NCBI GenBank assembly: GCA_028714095.1
Contig: JAQTMY010000001.1
Coordinates: 2,147-66,146, forward strand
Origin: Candidatus Nanoarchaeia archaeon
GTDB taxonomy: Archaea; Nanobdellota; Nanobdellia; SCGC-AAA011-G17; JACPNG01
Direction: 5' to 3'
DNA length: 64,000 nt
A program made the translations under genes and the position numbers. Under the pieces are notes generated by a model. It was not told the origin of the DNA and ran no database searches. It worked only from the letters and a program-made list of their open reading frames with translations. This document shows positions 20,856-30,795 of the stretch, in pieces; positions within the stretch are counted from its first letter, which is position 1, and the number at the start of each line of letters is the position of its first letter.

Positions 20856-21387
20856 AGTTCTCCCCTATCAGTTTTCCAATAAAGTACTTTCCATTTACAG
20901 GGTAATAAACTGATATAGGAACACTAAATATGCTCTTGCTCTTAAAATTAGGTTTTGGATTTTGATAAATAATAAACTCATTGCAGTTCATTGGATAGTT
21001 TCCATAGTCTACCTTAAACATTTTTATACAATCTCCTTTCTTGATCTCAAAAGGAGCCTCAATAATCTCTATCCTGAATGTTCTAAACCCAAACACATCA
21101 TAATAATCCTCTTTGTTAACTTTTTCATTAAAGGCAATTATCTTTAAACTGTCTAAACATCTTTCTTCCTTATTCCTAAAGCTGCACTGGAGTTCTGGCA
21201 TTCTTGAAACATAGCTAAGTAAAACATCTGCTCTTTGATCAGCTAAATCCTGGGTTTTACTTTCAATGTCAGATTTTTGGAACTTAAAATAAAACACAAC
21301 AGCAAGAACCATAAGAATTATAATAACTATAACTACCATAATGGTTTCAATAAGTCCAATCTGTCCTTTCCTAGAATACTGTTTCAC
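20848..21387 (-). CDS. class III signal peptide (pilin-like) protein
   Basis: MKQYSRKGQ|IGLIETIMVVIVIII. Overlaps its neighbours by 8 and 17 nt. Confidence 0.55.
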   Translation of the reverse strand: MKQYSRKGQIGLIETIMVVIVIIILMVLAVVFYFKFQKSDIESKTQDLADQRADVLLSYVSRMPELQCSFRNKEERCLDSLKIIAFNEKVNKEDYYDVFGFRTFRIEIIEAPFEIKKGDCIKMFKVDYGNYPMNCNEFIIYQNPKPNFKSKSIFSVPISVYYPVNGKYFIGKLIGENYE

Positions 21388-22357
21388 AATCTCTCTCCCT
21401 AAGTCTATTATTTTCCTTATCTAAGTTATTTGCCCTGTCAAGATACTCTTCCGGATTAGTTACCTTTTGTAATAATAAATTCTTCAATAAACTATAGTCA
21501 CATCCACTAACCTTAGATGCTAACTCTTCAGCCTTGCCAGAATAAACTTTATTTATAACATTAAACTTCTCAACAGCCCTTTCATAGCTGCATTTATAGT
21601 TTGACGAAAAGATAGCTCCATACAACAAAGGCTTGCCAAAGAAAAAATACTGTTTATTGCCCTGTAATAATGCCCCTCTGCACTCCATATCATTCTCACT
21701 TTCACAATCCTTAGTTTTAATCTCAACAACCTCAAGATTCTCATTTTCTAGATTCTTAAGAGTATTAGACGTATCAATAAAGATGACTCTTACTCTGGAA
21801 TAATCCTCCAAAACCTGAGTTAGATAATTACTATCTACAGATTTTTTATATTCTACACTAAAAACATCAGGAATACTGCCCTCATTTACCCTTCCTGTTT
21901 TTGGGTCCTTAACTCCTTTAAGGTTTTCAGCTAAACTACCTCCAACCAAAACAAAGAGTGTTTCCTTGTCAGCCAAATAAAAGATGTTTCCAATTCTGTA
22001 AGGATATTTCCAGTCAGTCCCCCATATATAAAACTCACTGTTAAGTTCCTTGGGAGCAAAAATAATCTTGCTTGTCTTTAGCCTATTATTTCCAACTATT
22101 AAACTATCACAGTTAAATGGATCTAAACTTATCTTATCCTTTGTGTAAAAATTAGCAGGAATTGTTGTTTCTCCAGATATTGAAAAAGATATCAGCATAT
22201 CCTCCAATGTCCTTGTTTCAGTAAACTCAGTTATCTTATCGCTTGTCTCAACCTGTTTGAATGCAAACCTTACAAAGAAAGTCAATAATATAACTCCAAT
22301 AATCCCAATGAATATATATTTGAATACAGGAGAAATATCACCTTTTTTGTTTATCAT
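21371..22357 (-). CDS. pilin-like / class III signal peptide-like protein
   Basis: MINKKGD|ISPVFKYIFIGIIGVILLTFFV. ATGA overlap with the upstream giant gene. Confidence 0.4.
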   Translation of the reverse strand: MINKKGDISPVFKYIFIGIIGVILLTFFVRFAFKQVETSDKITEFTETRTLEDMLISFSISGETTIPANFYTKDKISLDPFNCDSLIVGNNRLKTSKIIFAPKELNSEFYIWGTDWKYPYRIGNIFYLADKETLFVLVGGSLAENLKGVKDPKTGRVNEGSIPDVFSVEYKKSVDSNYLTQVLEDYSRVRVIFIDTSNTLKNLENENLEVVEIKTKDCESENDMECRGALLQGNKQYFFFGKPLLYGAIFSSNYKCSYERAVEKFNVINKVYSGKAEELASKVSGCDYSLLKNLLLQKVTNPEEYLDRANNLDKENNRLRERDCETVF

Positions 22358-25300
22358 ATATAAATTATAGCAGACAATTCATTATTAAATTTATCCCTGC
22401 ACTTGATATAATACTTGGCTGCTCCCTCTACTAAGGTAGCTTCCTGAATCTTGGTGTCTTCACCAGTCATTAAAGTTCCATCTCCAAACTTGAATGAATC
22501 AATTGTATCATATTCACACTTAGCTTCCTCATCTAATTCAATATGCAATACAGAACTTGTTGTGTAAATCTGGTTTAGGTTAGGAGTATAATTATCAACT
22601 GTAATTTTTATGCTTAACTTATCCTCTGCCTTGTTCCCAGCAATGTCCTGGCATTTAATATATAATATATAATTTCCATTGCTTAAGTTTAAGTCTTGAC
22701 TGTGTTTAGTCCCATCTGTAGTCTCAAACTTAATCATATTGGCTATGACGGTGTTAAGGTCGCTGTAATAACAACTTGCTTTGTTCTCAGCTCCTCCAAT
22801 AGTTTCAACCTCTAAATTAATCTCTCCATTGTAGAAAGTTCCCTCAGGTCCGATATCGGTTATGTTTAATGGCTCTGTCTCCCTTGTCTCAAATACATAA
22901 CTCTCTGAATTATAATTTCTTGATTTTTCCCCTGGCTGATCAGCACATCTTATGTAGAATTTCCTGTATTGATGTACTGATTTTAAAATGGTTTTACATT
23001 CATAGCTTCCAGAAGCATAGCTGCTTACAGCCAATCCAGATTGTACACATGAAAATATATTGTTCATGTCATCATACTCAATGTCATTAGTGCTCCACTT
23101 GCATGTACTTGGCTCTGAAACAAATACTGACAAAGGCATGTCAACTATATTGGATGCAATATAAGCATTGTTTATTGGGCTTGTTCCATAGATTATTGGA
23201 GCGGTTAAATCAGGTCCAGTACCTATCTTGAATTTAATGTAATAATCTTTTTCATTAGCATTTCCCTTCCCGTCCTTACACCTTACATAAATTGTGTATT
23301 TCCCTCCATTGCTGAACTTTAGTGCTTTAGCATCAGTAAGCTCATCTGGAAGATTTAATGTTGTTTCATGCTCATATCTCAATAATGAATCCTGGAAATT
23401 GCTTGCCATACTATCAAATTCTTTTCCCTGCTCCATATCTATCTTACATTGACCTGGCTCATTAAGTTTAATTCCAATCTTTACAGCCTCATATGCTTTT
23501 ATTTCTGTTTCAACCTCATAGCCGTTTGCATCTTTCTTGTATTTTATTGTCTTGTCTTTTATTAATGGCTCAATTATAGGAGAATTAACATCTCTAGGAT
23601 TAAGGTCAACGCATTTTTCCTCTGTTGTTCCCTTGTTTACTAGCTCGCACGTTTTTCCCAAAGACTTGCATTTATACTCACTACATCCTAACTTTTCATC
23701 ATTGCATTTCTCGCAATTATCTCCGCCGTCAGGAGCACTCCACAGATTACATGAAATAGTATAAGTTTTTTCTTGTTGTTCTGAAGCAACAATATCAATT
23801 AACTTTAAGATTTGATAATAAGTCATTATTGTATTTACAGTCCCCATTATGTTTCCAAGAATTGTTTTCTGGACATAATTTTCTCCAACTTTTTCAATAC
23901 CTTTTTCAGCTAACTCTTCAGAAACTGCTTTCTCAATAAACTGTTTCTTAAGTTCTGGATTTGAAGCAATAGATAAAAGTCTCATATCACTAGTTAGAGC
24001 TAATTCTGCATTCTTTCTTATTCCTTCAATAACACTGTTTTCAACTACAGTTCCAAAAGCACTATATCCACTCAATATTTGTAAAGGATTTAATCCACCC
24101 TGAGCAGCTTTTTCTAAATTCTTTGAACCAAAAATCCCTCCATAAGCTGTAGTTCCAATCTGTAATCCTAAAGCTAACCAGTTACCCCAGTTCCATCTCT
24201 TGCTAAACTCAGAAACTCTCTCTCTGTTAGAGCTTCCAGAAACTAAAGCATTGACATTTCCTAAATCACTTTCTTTTAATTTGTAACCATTAAAGTATAG
24301 ATCATCATTTTCCTTTTCAGCGCTTGCTGTGTTTACATAACCATCAAAAGTAGCATCGCCATTGAAATTATAATAAGCTCCGCAATCTCCTAAACTTCTG
24401 CAATAATTATTTCCAGAAATAACCCAATCCTCAGCCATACACTGGCAGTTTTTTACGCAATCATATCCCTGATCCTGGTCAGTTATGAATCCCCAAACCC
24501 TTGCAAATCCTCCCCTTATCCACTCAACCTTGCATTCTTGATTCCCCTTGCTGCATTCTGAAGTTGAATCAGTGCTCACAGAAGAATTGCCTCCAGAATT
24601 ATAACTTACAGTCCAGAATTTCATTCCAGGAGGGATATTAGGAACACATTTTCCATTAGCGCTTTTCTCCCAGTCTTTATAAAATTTCTGTTCATCACCA
24701 TCTAAATATTGATTGTATTCATCTTCGCTTAAGAAAGAAAATATACTTCCGCTTCCTTCAGACCAATAACAATCCTTATTTACATTATCATTACAGCATT
24801 CTTTTGCAGCACATAATATCTGTGCTTCATTAACATTAGTGGATTCCTCAGTTGAGTCTAAACCACTAACCAGACTTCCTGCCTCTGCATCAGGGACAGG
24901 ATCCTCTAATCCAGAACATTTTCCCCCATAAAGATTTTTTAAAATATTAGCATCATTACAAGCACTGCATAACTGATATCTATTAGGAACACATCCAGCC
25001 TCAATATATCCTTTTTTCAAGCCAAAAGATTCAAGCAGAGAAGAAATATTACTTCCCTGGGTTTGCTGTATGCAAAACTCTTCCCTATAATCCTTGCATT
25101 GTTCAATAATTTCCTCGCCATTAATGCATAAAGCTCTGTACTGTCTGCTCCCAACCAAATCCTGCCCTTTTCCAACAGTACCTTCATAGATACACCATGA
25201 TTCCCCATTCTTTCTTTTCTCTCCTGCGTTTGGAGAACTTTCATATTCAGTGGTTACCTCACAGTTTACATCTTTGCATATATAATCTCCATACATAGGT

Positions 25301-26106
25301 TTAATCTCAGAAGAATTCCCGCATATTGTTCCAAAAGCATAATCACAATTTCCGCATGATTTGTCATTTAAAGTTGCTTTACAGTTTACTTCTGTAATAT
25401 ATCCTTTGTTATAGCTTGTGTCTTTGTTAGAAGAATAAACATTTTCCCTGTTGCCACAAGAATCATACCAGTAAACTTTTCCTTGATAACAGTCTGTATG
25501 GTGTTGTTTAGAACATCCGCAGCTTAACTTATCGTTGCTGCATAGCATATCTTTAAAAAATCCTTCCCTGGTTTCATTATTCCCCTCTGCCATGTTGCAT
25601 GCGCTTCTTGTTGTGAATGAACAGGAATTTCCATTTACACAGCATCCAGTTTCCTGGCTTCTAGATTTAGCCAGACATGTTTTTTCATCAGTTATAGAGC
25701 TGTCAAAAACAGTGCCAACTCCAGTATATTTCGAGCCTGTTTCCTTGCATTTTACCTCTGTAACAAAAAATGCCTCTGTTCCAATCATACAGCATCCATT
25801 ACTGCATTGAGGAACGCTACAAGAAGCATCAGAACTAAAAGTTCCTTTTTTATTATCGCATGTAGCTTGTGGAGTATTCTTAAAACATCTTCCATCGTCC
25901 TGCGAAAAACAGCAACCTAAATTGCAATAGCTTGTCTGTTCGCATGTTGCATAATTTTTTCTGAATCCATTCATGCAATATTTTTCATCAGTATACTGGC
26001 AGTATTCTCCAGAAGTAGTTTTTTCACAGCATGCATCAGTAGCCATAACAATGTTTACTAAACTAAGCAAAACCATTCCAAAAATAAAAAATTTAAACGC
26101 TTTCAT
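22354..26106 (-). CDS. giant (1250 aa) cysteine-rich secreted surface protein, paralog A
   Basis: Sec signal peptide MKAFKFFIFGMVLLSLVNIVMA. More than 90 Cys. Conserved blocks shared with 26957..30286 (RKNGESWCIYEG...VGSRQYRALCINGEEI, CNLWSAPDGGDNCEKC, GPDLTAPII). Four C-terminal ~100-aa modules each ending in Y.Y(V/I)(R/K)C.D..GN. Confidence 0.6.
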   Translation of the reverse strand: MKAFKFFIFGMVLLSLVNIVMATDACCEKTTSGEYCQYTDEKYCMNGFRKNYATCEQTSYCNLGCCFSQDDGRCFKNTPQATCDNKKGTFSSDASCSVPQCSNGCCMIGTEAFFVTEVKCKETGSKYTGVGTVFDSSITDEKTCLAKSRSQETGCCVNGNSCSFTTRSACNMAEGNNETREGFFKDMLCSNDKLSCGCSKQHHTDCYQGKVYWYDSCGNRENVYSSNKDTSYNKGYITEVNCKATLNDKSCGNCDYAFGTICGNSSEIKPMYGDYICKDVNCEVTTEYESSPNAGEKRKNGESWCIYEGTVGKGQDLVGSRQYRALCINGEEIIEQCKDYREEFCIQQTQGSNISSLLESFGLKKGYIEAGCVPNRYQLCSACNDANILKNLYGGKCSGLEDPVPDAEAGSLVSGLDSTEESTNVNEAQILCAAKECCNDNVNKDCYWSEGSGSIFSFLSEDEYNQYLDGDEQKFYKDWEKSANGKCVPNIPPGMKFWTVSYNSGGNSSVSTDSTSECSKGNQECKVEWIRGGFARVWGFITDQDQGYDCVKNCQCMAEDWVISGNNYCRSLGDCGAYYNFNGDATFDGYVNTASAEKENDDLYFNGYKLKESDLGNVNALVSGSSNRERVSEFSKRWNWGNWLALGLQIGTTAYGGIFGSKNLEKAAQGGLNPLQILSGYSAFGTVVENSVIEGIRKNAELALTSDMRLLSIASNPELKKQFIEKAVSEELAEKGIEKVGENYVQKTILGNIMGTVNTIMTYYQILKLIDIVASEQQEKTYTISCNLWSAPDGGDNCEKCNDEKLGCSEYKCKSLGKTCELVNKGTTEEKCVDLNPRDVNSPIIEPLIKDKTIKYKKDANGYEVETEIKAYEAVKIGIKLNEPGQCKIDMEQGKEFDSMASNFQDSLLRYEHETTLNLPDELTDAKALKFSNGGKYTIYVRCKDGKGNANEKDYYIKFKIGTGPDLTAPIIYGTSPINNAYIASNIVDMPLSVFVSEPSTCKWSTNDIEYDDMNNIFSCVQSGLAVSSYASGSYECKTILKSVHQYRKFYIRCADQPGEKSRNYNSESYVFETRETEPLNITDIGPEGTFYNGEINLEVETIGGAENKASCYYSDLNTVIANMIKFETTDGTKHSQDLNLSNGNYILYIKCQDIAGNKAEDKLSIKITVDNYTPNLNQIYTTSSVLHIELDEEAKCEYDTIDSFKFGDGTLMTGEDTKIQEATLVEGAAKYYIKCRDKFNNELSAIIYI

Positions 26107-26909
26107 GCAAACCTATTCTCTCCCTGAATAGCAAACTGGAAAATATACTCATTTCCTTCTTTGGTTATTGTATAAACCTTGTCAGGATATGGTTTTTTCA
26201 GATAAAGTTTATATTCTCCTTTCTTGGCCAGCATATAAGTTAATGTATCAAAGTTTCCGCTTACAGCCTCTCCGCTAAATACATCCCATCCGTTTATTAC
26301 TTCCTGAGAAACATCATATAAATTTCCAAGGGGATAATCAAACATAACTTCAAATTTATCTTCAGATACACTTATATCTTTAGATTTTCCCTTAAGAGTA
26401 ACCAACCAGTTAACATTAAGAACAACACTATCAGGTCTTATAACAAATTGATAGTTTGGTTTATCTTGTACAATTATATTATAAGATTTAAGATTTCCAG
26501 TATTTTTTATCTCATTTAAACAAGAATCCATAAAATACCCTACATTTTCATTAAGCTGATCTTCCATATTCTTAAGAGTTAGCATCCTATTACTGCAGCT
26601 TTCTTTGTCAGGAATATTATAACATAAATAACTTATTTTATTGTCAGCATAAAGAATATAGGTTCCTTCGGGAGTCTCTAGATATCCTCCTTGCTTGCCA
26701 ATAGCCTGCAATAACGAATTAGGGCTGTTTAAACTATTATCATACCCGCAGCTTATTATTGCCTCTTTGATAGACTCCATCTCACCTTCAAGACTTTCAG
26801 TAGTAACAGGCATGAATATTGTCTTTCTACCAATTAAAAACAAAGCAACTAAAACAACTATAACTATTCCTAATATAACAAATAAAGTTACCTGACCTCT
26901 TTTTCCCAT
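26103..26909 (-). CDS. class III signal peptide (pilin-like) protein, 268 aa
   Basis: MGKRGQ|VTLFVILGIVIVVLVALFLIG. Homologous N-terminus to 62792..63535. ATGA overlap with the downstream giant gene. Confidence 0.6.
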   Translation of the reverse strand: MGKRGQVTLFVILGIVIVVLVALFLIGRKTIFMPVTTESLEGEMESIKEAIISCGYDNSLNSPNSLLQAIGKQGGYLETPEGTYILYADNKISYLCYNIPDKESCSNRMLTLKNMEDQLNENVGYFMDSCLNEIKNTGNLKSYNIIVQDKPNYQFVIRPDSVVLNVNWLVTLKGKSKDISVSEDKFEVMFDYPLGNLYDVSQEVINGWDVFSGEAVSGNFDTLTYMLAKKGEYKLYLKKPYPDKVYTITKEGNEYIFQFAIQGENRFA

Positions 26910-26956
26910 TTTATCTCTCCTTTGATTTATTTTTATATTTTAAAAAATTTTGCTTT

Positions 26957-29900
26957 TCAAACATTTATACTATAGGCGGGGTTTATGTTCCCTTCACTAT
27001 CATTACATATAAAATAATACCTTCCCCCCTCCACAATAAATAAATGTTCCCCAACAACTTTCTCAGTTTCAGTTCCCTTACCAAAACCAAAATCACTCCT
27101 TGAATATTCGCAATCCGCATCCTCATCCAGTACAACATGTACAGTATTATCCTGCCTATATAACTGGGTTATTATTGGATAATAAACATCCTTGATAATA
27201 TTAAGATTAATAATCTGACTTGCTTTATTCCCAGCAACATCAATACATTCTATATTATAATTATAATTTCCCAATGCTAAATCTTCAAATTCCTGGCTAT
27301 GTATTATATTATCAGTTTCCTTAAATTCTATTCCATTATAGCTACATATTGCTTTTCCGTTCTCGGCCCCGCCGGAAGTTGCAACATTAAGGGTAAACGA
27401 ATTACTGTATAATGTTCCAGACTTTGGGGAATAATCCTCAATGACTAAAGTATCAGATTGTTTTAATGTTAATGGATAAGCATCCTCATTTACATTTTCA
27501 GCATTGTCAGAACATTTAAAATAATAATTAACTAACTTATCTTCAAACTTTAAATTAACATTAAAGCTGCATATAAATTTATTTTCTCTGCTTATACAAT
27601 TAGTTTCCTCTTTCATACCATCATAGTCCTCATTCTCACTAGAATATTTACATTTAGTTGGTTCATTTGTATAAATATTAATTAATATTTTAGTTAAATC
27701 TGCCTGGATATAACTCCCATCAAGAGGATCGCTTGTCTCAATAATTGGAGCAGTCAAATCTGGCCCTTCTTTTGTGTTAAATCTTATTAAATAAGAAGCT
27801 TCGTTGGCATTAGAAGTCTTTCCCTTACATCTTACATATAAATTATATTTTTTGTTTGGTTCAGTAAGAATATTTAATGAATGTTTTGTTTCATAATAAC
27901 CTTCTCCAAAATAACTTACCATTTCATTGTAATTATCATCTACATTTTCAGAAAACTTACATTGTGCAACTTTATCTGTTTTAATCCCTAAACTTAGTCT
28001 TGTATAAGCAGGAACATCTGGATTTATTTTATATCCTTTGGTTTCTTCATTTAACTTAAATCCCTTAGTTAAATTCTCAGGCCATGCAGAAATTATTGGA
28101 GAGCTTACATCTCTAGATTCTACCTTAACACAGGCAGGTCTGTCAGTTCCAGCATTCTCTTCTATAAACTCACACAAAGTTCCTAAACTTTCACATTTAT
28201 ATTTTGAACATTCTTTGAATTTTCCATATTCATTATCTACCTTTCCGCAATCTTCGCAATTATCCCCATTGTTTGGAATGTTCCACATATTGCATTCAGT
28301 GGAAACTACTCTTGATTCCTTTGTTGTTGCAAAAATATTTAAGATTGTAAACACAGCAAACACAACCAAAGCAACAGTAACAATTGTTCCAATCGTTCCA
28401 GAGCTAAATAAAGTTCCTAACCATCCCCCCCCAGACTCACTAGCAGTTCCTCCGGCCTGTATAATATTTCCAAATAAGATATTACCAAACGTAGTATCCG
28501 CTCCAGTAAATAAAGTAGCAACTTCAGCGGCAGCAATTCCTGCTGTCCCCAAAACCCCCAAAGTATCAGCACTCACATCAAAAAATCCGCCAGTAAATAT
28601 TCCAGTATTAATTTTATTATAATCTAAACCTTGATTTTTATTAATATCCTCATAATTTATTTTTCCAGCATACAATCCAGAATTAAGTTCAGCTAATTTT
28701 TCCTTGTTAATCAATAAAAGAGCTTCTGTAATTTTAGTCAAAGGCATATTTTTCAGTTCAGGATATTGATCCAAAAAATCACCAAAATCATCCTCAGGAT
28801 CTTCAATTACACTATCCCATTTTCTTGAAAAACCATCATTATTAAATTCATTCTTCCAGTTATATTTAGCTCCGCAATCCCCAGCAGCATTACACAAATA
28901 ATTGCTTAACTGCAGCCATTTATTTGAATAAGCTTCACATCCGCTTGAACAATCATTTGTATCTATGACAGAATCCTGGCTCCAAACCGTCAAAGCACTA
29001 TTAACTCCGTTTTCACAAATCTTAGAATTCTCTCCAAGATTGCCAGGAACAACCAAAGGCAAACATCGTCCATTGACTTCATTTAATTTTAATTGTTCTT
29101 TCTCCATATCTTCGGTCTTTGTCGTATTCAAGGGCAGCCAGTAACAGTCATTATTTTTAGACAAACAGCATTTAAGATCATTTTCCATTGCATTTGCATA
29201 ATCTATAACTTCTCCTTTGTACAAATCATCATCGTCATAAGTCATAGGGATTAATTCATAAGCAGAGTTGCATTCAGTCATACATTTTTCATAATTATTT
29301 ATTTTGCAGGAAGCCTCTCTAAAAGTTTCACCATTAACAGTAACGTCTGCATAAACACAAAATTCATTTCTGTAATCTTCACATGGCTCCTCAATCTCCT
29401 CGCCATTAATGCATATATGTCTGTAATGCCTGCTTCCAACAGAATCTAAACCAGGACCAGTAGCAGAATCATAAATACACCAGGACTCTCCATTCTTCCT
29501 GAAAACTCCAGTACCTTTAGTATTTTCATCCTTATAAGTACTCTCACAGTTTATGCTATAGCAGTCAACTTTATTTTTTTCCTCTCTGCATTTAAGCCCT
29601 TTCTGATAATCACATTTCTTGACTAAACTTTCTTTATTTCCGCAGCTGTCAAAAGAATAAACATCTCCCTCATAACATTGGTTATAGCTGTTCTTAGTGC
29701 ATCCACAAAAACCTACATCAGAACATAATTTATTTTCATAAAATTCTCCAGAACATGAATTGGAAGTTGTATACTTACATCCTTCATCCAAACAACAACC
29801 ATAAATTCCTTCTTGGCAGCTTAAACTGCATGAACTTTCTCCAGTTCCTTCCTGAAAAGTAAAATCTAAATTATTATAATCATTTGCTGTTTGCTCACAT

Positions 29901-30286
29901 TTAAACTTATTGACATAACTGCACTCAGTTCCTATCTTACAGCAACCCTCCTGGCATTTGGAATAAGCACTACAGTCAGGACTTGAAAAAAATTCTCCGC
30001 CTTTTTCAGTGCATTCCTGTTTAGAAGTATTGTCAAAACATGAACCTTCAGATTTTAAAAAACAGCAGCCATACTCCTCTGCCTTGACATCCTTAAAATT
30101 TAATAAAGAAATTGAGAAAATAGCAACAATTATGATTATAATTTCAAATAAAGCCTTAGCTCTCGCAAACCTCTCTTTCATAACATAAACAACAATAAAA
30201 CTTATTTTAAATAGTTTACTAATGAACATAATCATCCAGATTGGAGGGATTAACAACTCTTTTTGGATCACAATAACTCTTCTCAA
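26957..30286 (-). CDS. giant cysteine-rich secreted/membrane surface protein, paralog B
   Basis: The likely true start is the internal Met at 30181 (MKERFARAKALFEIIIIIVAIFSISLL... signal peptide), giving about 1074 aa. Same conserved blocks as paralog A. Internal Gly/Ala/Thr-rich hydrophobic region with one clear 22-aa hydrophobic helix. Confidence 0.6.
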   Translation of the reverse strand: MRRVIVIQKELLIPPIWMIMFISKLFKISFIVVYVMKERFARAKALFEIIIIIVAIFSISLLNFKDVKAEEYGCCFLKSEGSCFDNTSKQECTEKGGEFFSSPDCSAYSKCQEGCCKIGTECSYVNKFKCEQTANDYNNLDFTFQEGTGESSCSLSCQEGIYGCCLDEGCKYTTSNSCSGEFYENKLCSDVGFCGCTKNSYNQCYEGDVYSFDSCGNKESLVKKCDYQKGLKCREEKNKVDCYSINCESTYKDENTKGTGVFRKNGESWCIYDSATGPGLDSVGSRHYRHICINGEEIEEPCEDYRNEFCVYADVTVNGETFREASCKINNYEKCMTECNSAYELIPMTYDDDDLYKGEVIDYANAMENDLKCCLSKNNDCYWLPLNTTKTEDMEKEQLKLNEVNGRCLPLVVPGNLGENSKICENGVNSALTVWSQDSVIDTNDCSSGCEAYSNKWLQLSNYLCNAAGDCGAKYNWKNEFNNDGFSRKWDSVIEDPEDDFGDFLDQYPELKNMPLTKITEALLLINKEKLAELNSGLYAGKINYEDINKNQGLDYNKINTGIFTGGFFDVSADTLGVLGTAGIAAAEVATLFTGADTTFGNILFGNIIQAGGTASESGGGWLGTLFSSGTIGTIVTVALVVFAVFTILNIFATTKESRVVSTECNMWNIPNNGDNCEDCGKVDNEYGKFKECSKYKCESLGTLCEFIEENAGTDRPACVKVESRDVSSPIISAWPENLTKGFKLNEETKGYKINPDVPAYTRLSLGIKTDKVAQCKFSENVDDNYNEMVSYFGEGYYETKHSLNILTEPNKKYNLYVRCKGKTSNANEASYLIRFNTKEGPDLTAPIIETSDPLDGSYIQADLTKILINIYTNEPTKCKYSSENEDYDGMKEETNCISRENKFICSFNVNLKFEDKLVNYYFKCSDNAENVNEDAYPLTLKQSDTLVIEDYSPKSGTLYSNSFTLNVATSGGAENGKAICSYNGIEFKETDNIIHSQEFEDLALGNYNYNIECIDVAGNKASQIINLNIIKDVYYPIITQLYRQDNTVHVVLDEDADCEYSRSDFGFGKGTETEKVVGEHLFIVEGGRYYFICNDSEGNINPAYSINV

Positions 30287-30704
30287 TATCGCAGGGGTTT
30301 ATTACCTCTGGTTTGATCTTATCAGAAACTTTTGAATTTAAAAAATCCTGATAGTTAAAAACTGCCTTCATTAACTCTCCTCTAAGATCATAAGGATTAA
30401 GTTCTTCGATACCTAGGTACTCTTTTAGTTTATCAACTAAATCCGGGAACAAGGGATTCTCGAAAAAGTTAGAATCCATTAAAAAGTCTAAATCGTTCCT
30501 TAAAAAAGATCTATTCAAAAATAAAGCATCTTTTCCTGAATCTTCAAAAAGTCTCCCAGCAATACAATATCTTCCATCTCTCCATTTATGGATATATAAT
30601 AAATGAGTTCCTGCAGGCTCACCACGAACAGATCTTTTTAAAGAATGAGGGGGTTCAATAAACCTAGGATTTAAGTTGTTCATCCTAAAAATAAAGTGAC
30701 TCAA
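30219..30704 (-). CDS. hypothetical protein
   Basis: 161-aa ORF upstream of paralog B. No motif recognised. Confidence 0.3.
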   Translation of the reverse strand: MSHFIFRMNNLNPRFIEPPHSLKRSVRGEPAGTHLLYIHKWRDGRYCIAGRLFEDSGKDALFLNRSFLRNDLDFLMDSNFFENPLFPDLVDKLKEYLGIEELNPYDLRGELMKAVFNYQDFLNSKVSDKIKPEVINPCDIEKSYCDPKRVVNPSNLDDYVH

Positions 30705-30795
30705 AGGGAGTATATAAAGATTATTGTAATAAAAAGAACAGCAACGTATTTAAGTATCCAGAACACTTCTTTTATAGATATTTTCTCAGGAGAAA

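Noticed and set aside
28038-28622. 194-aa plus-strand ORF, plus other internal antisense ORFs such as 18153..18497, 18919..19166, 19827..20234, 23537..23764 and 25535..25810.
   Set aside because: They lie opposite Gly/Ala/Thr-rich or Cys-rich coding regions of large genes. This is a typical open-antisense-frame artefact with no independent start or RBS.
30219-30286. 68-nt overlap between 30219..30704 and the 1109-aa giant ORF.
   Set aside because: The giant's annotated first 35 codons precede a far better start, MKERF… with a signal peptide, at 30181. Using that start removes the overlap.
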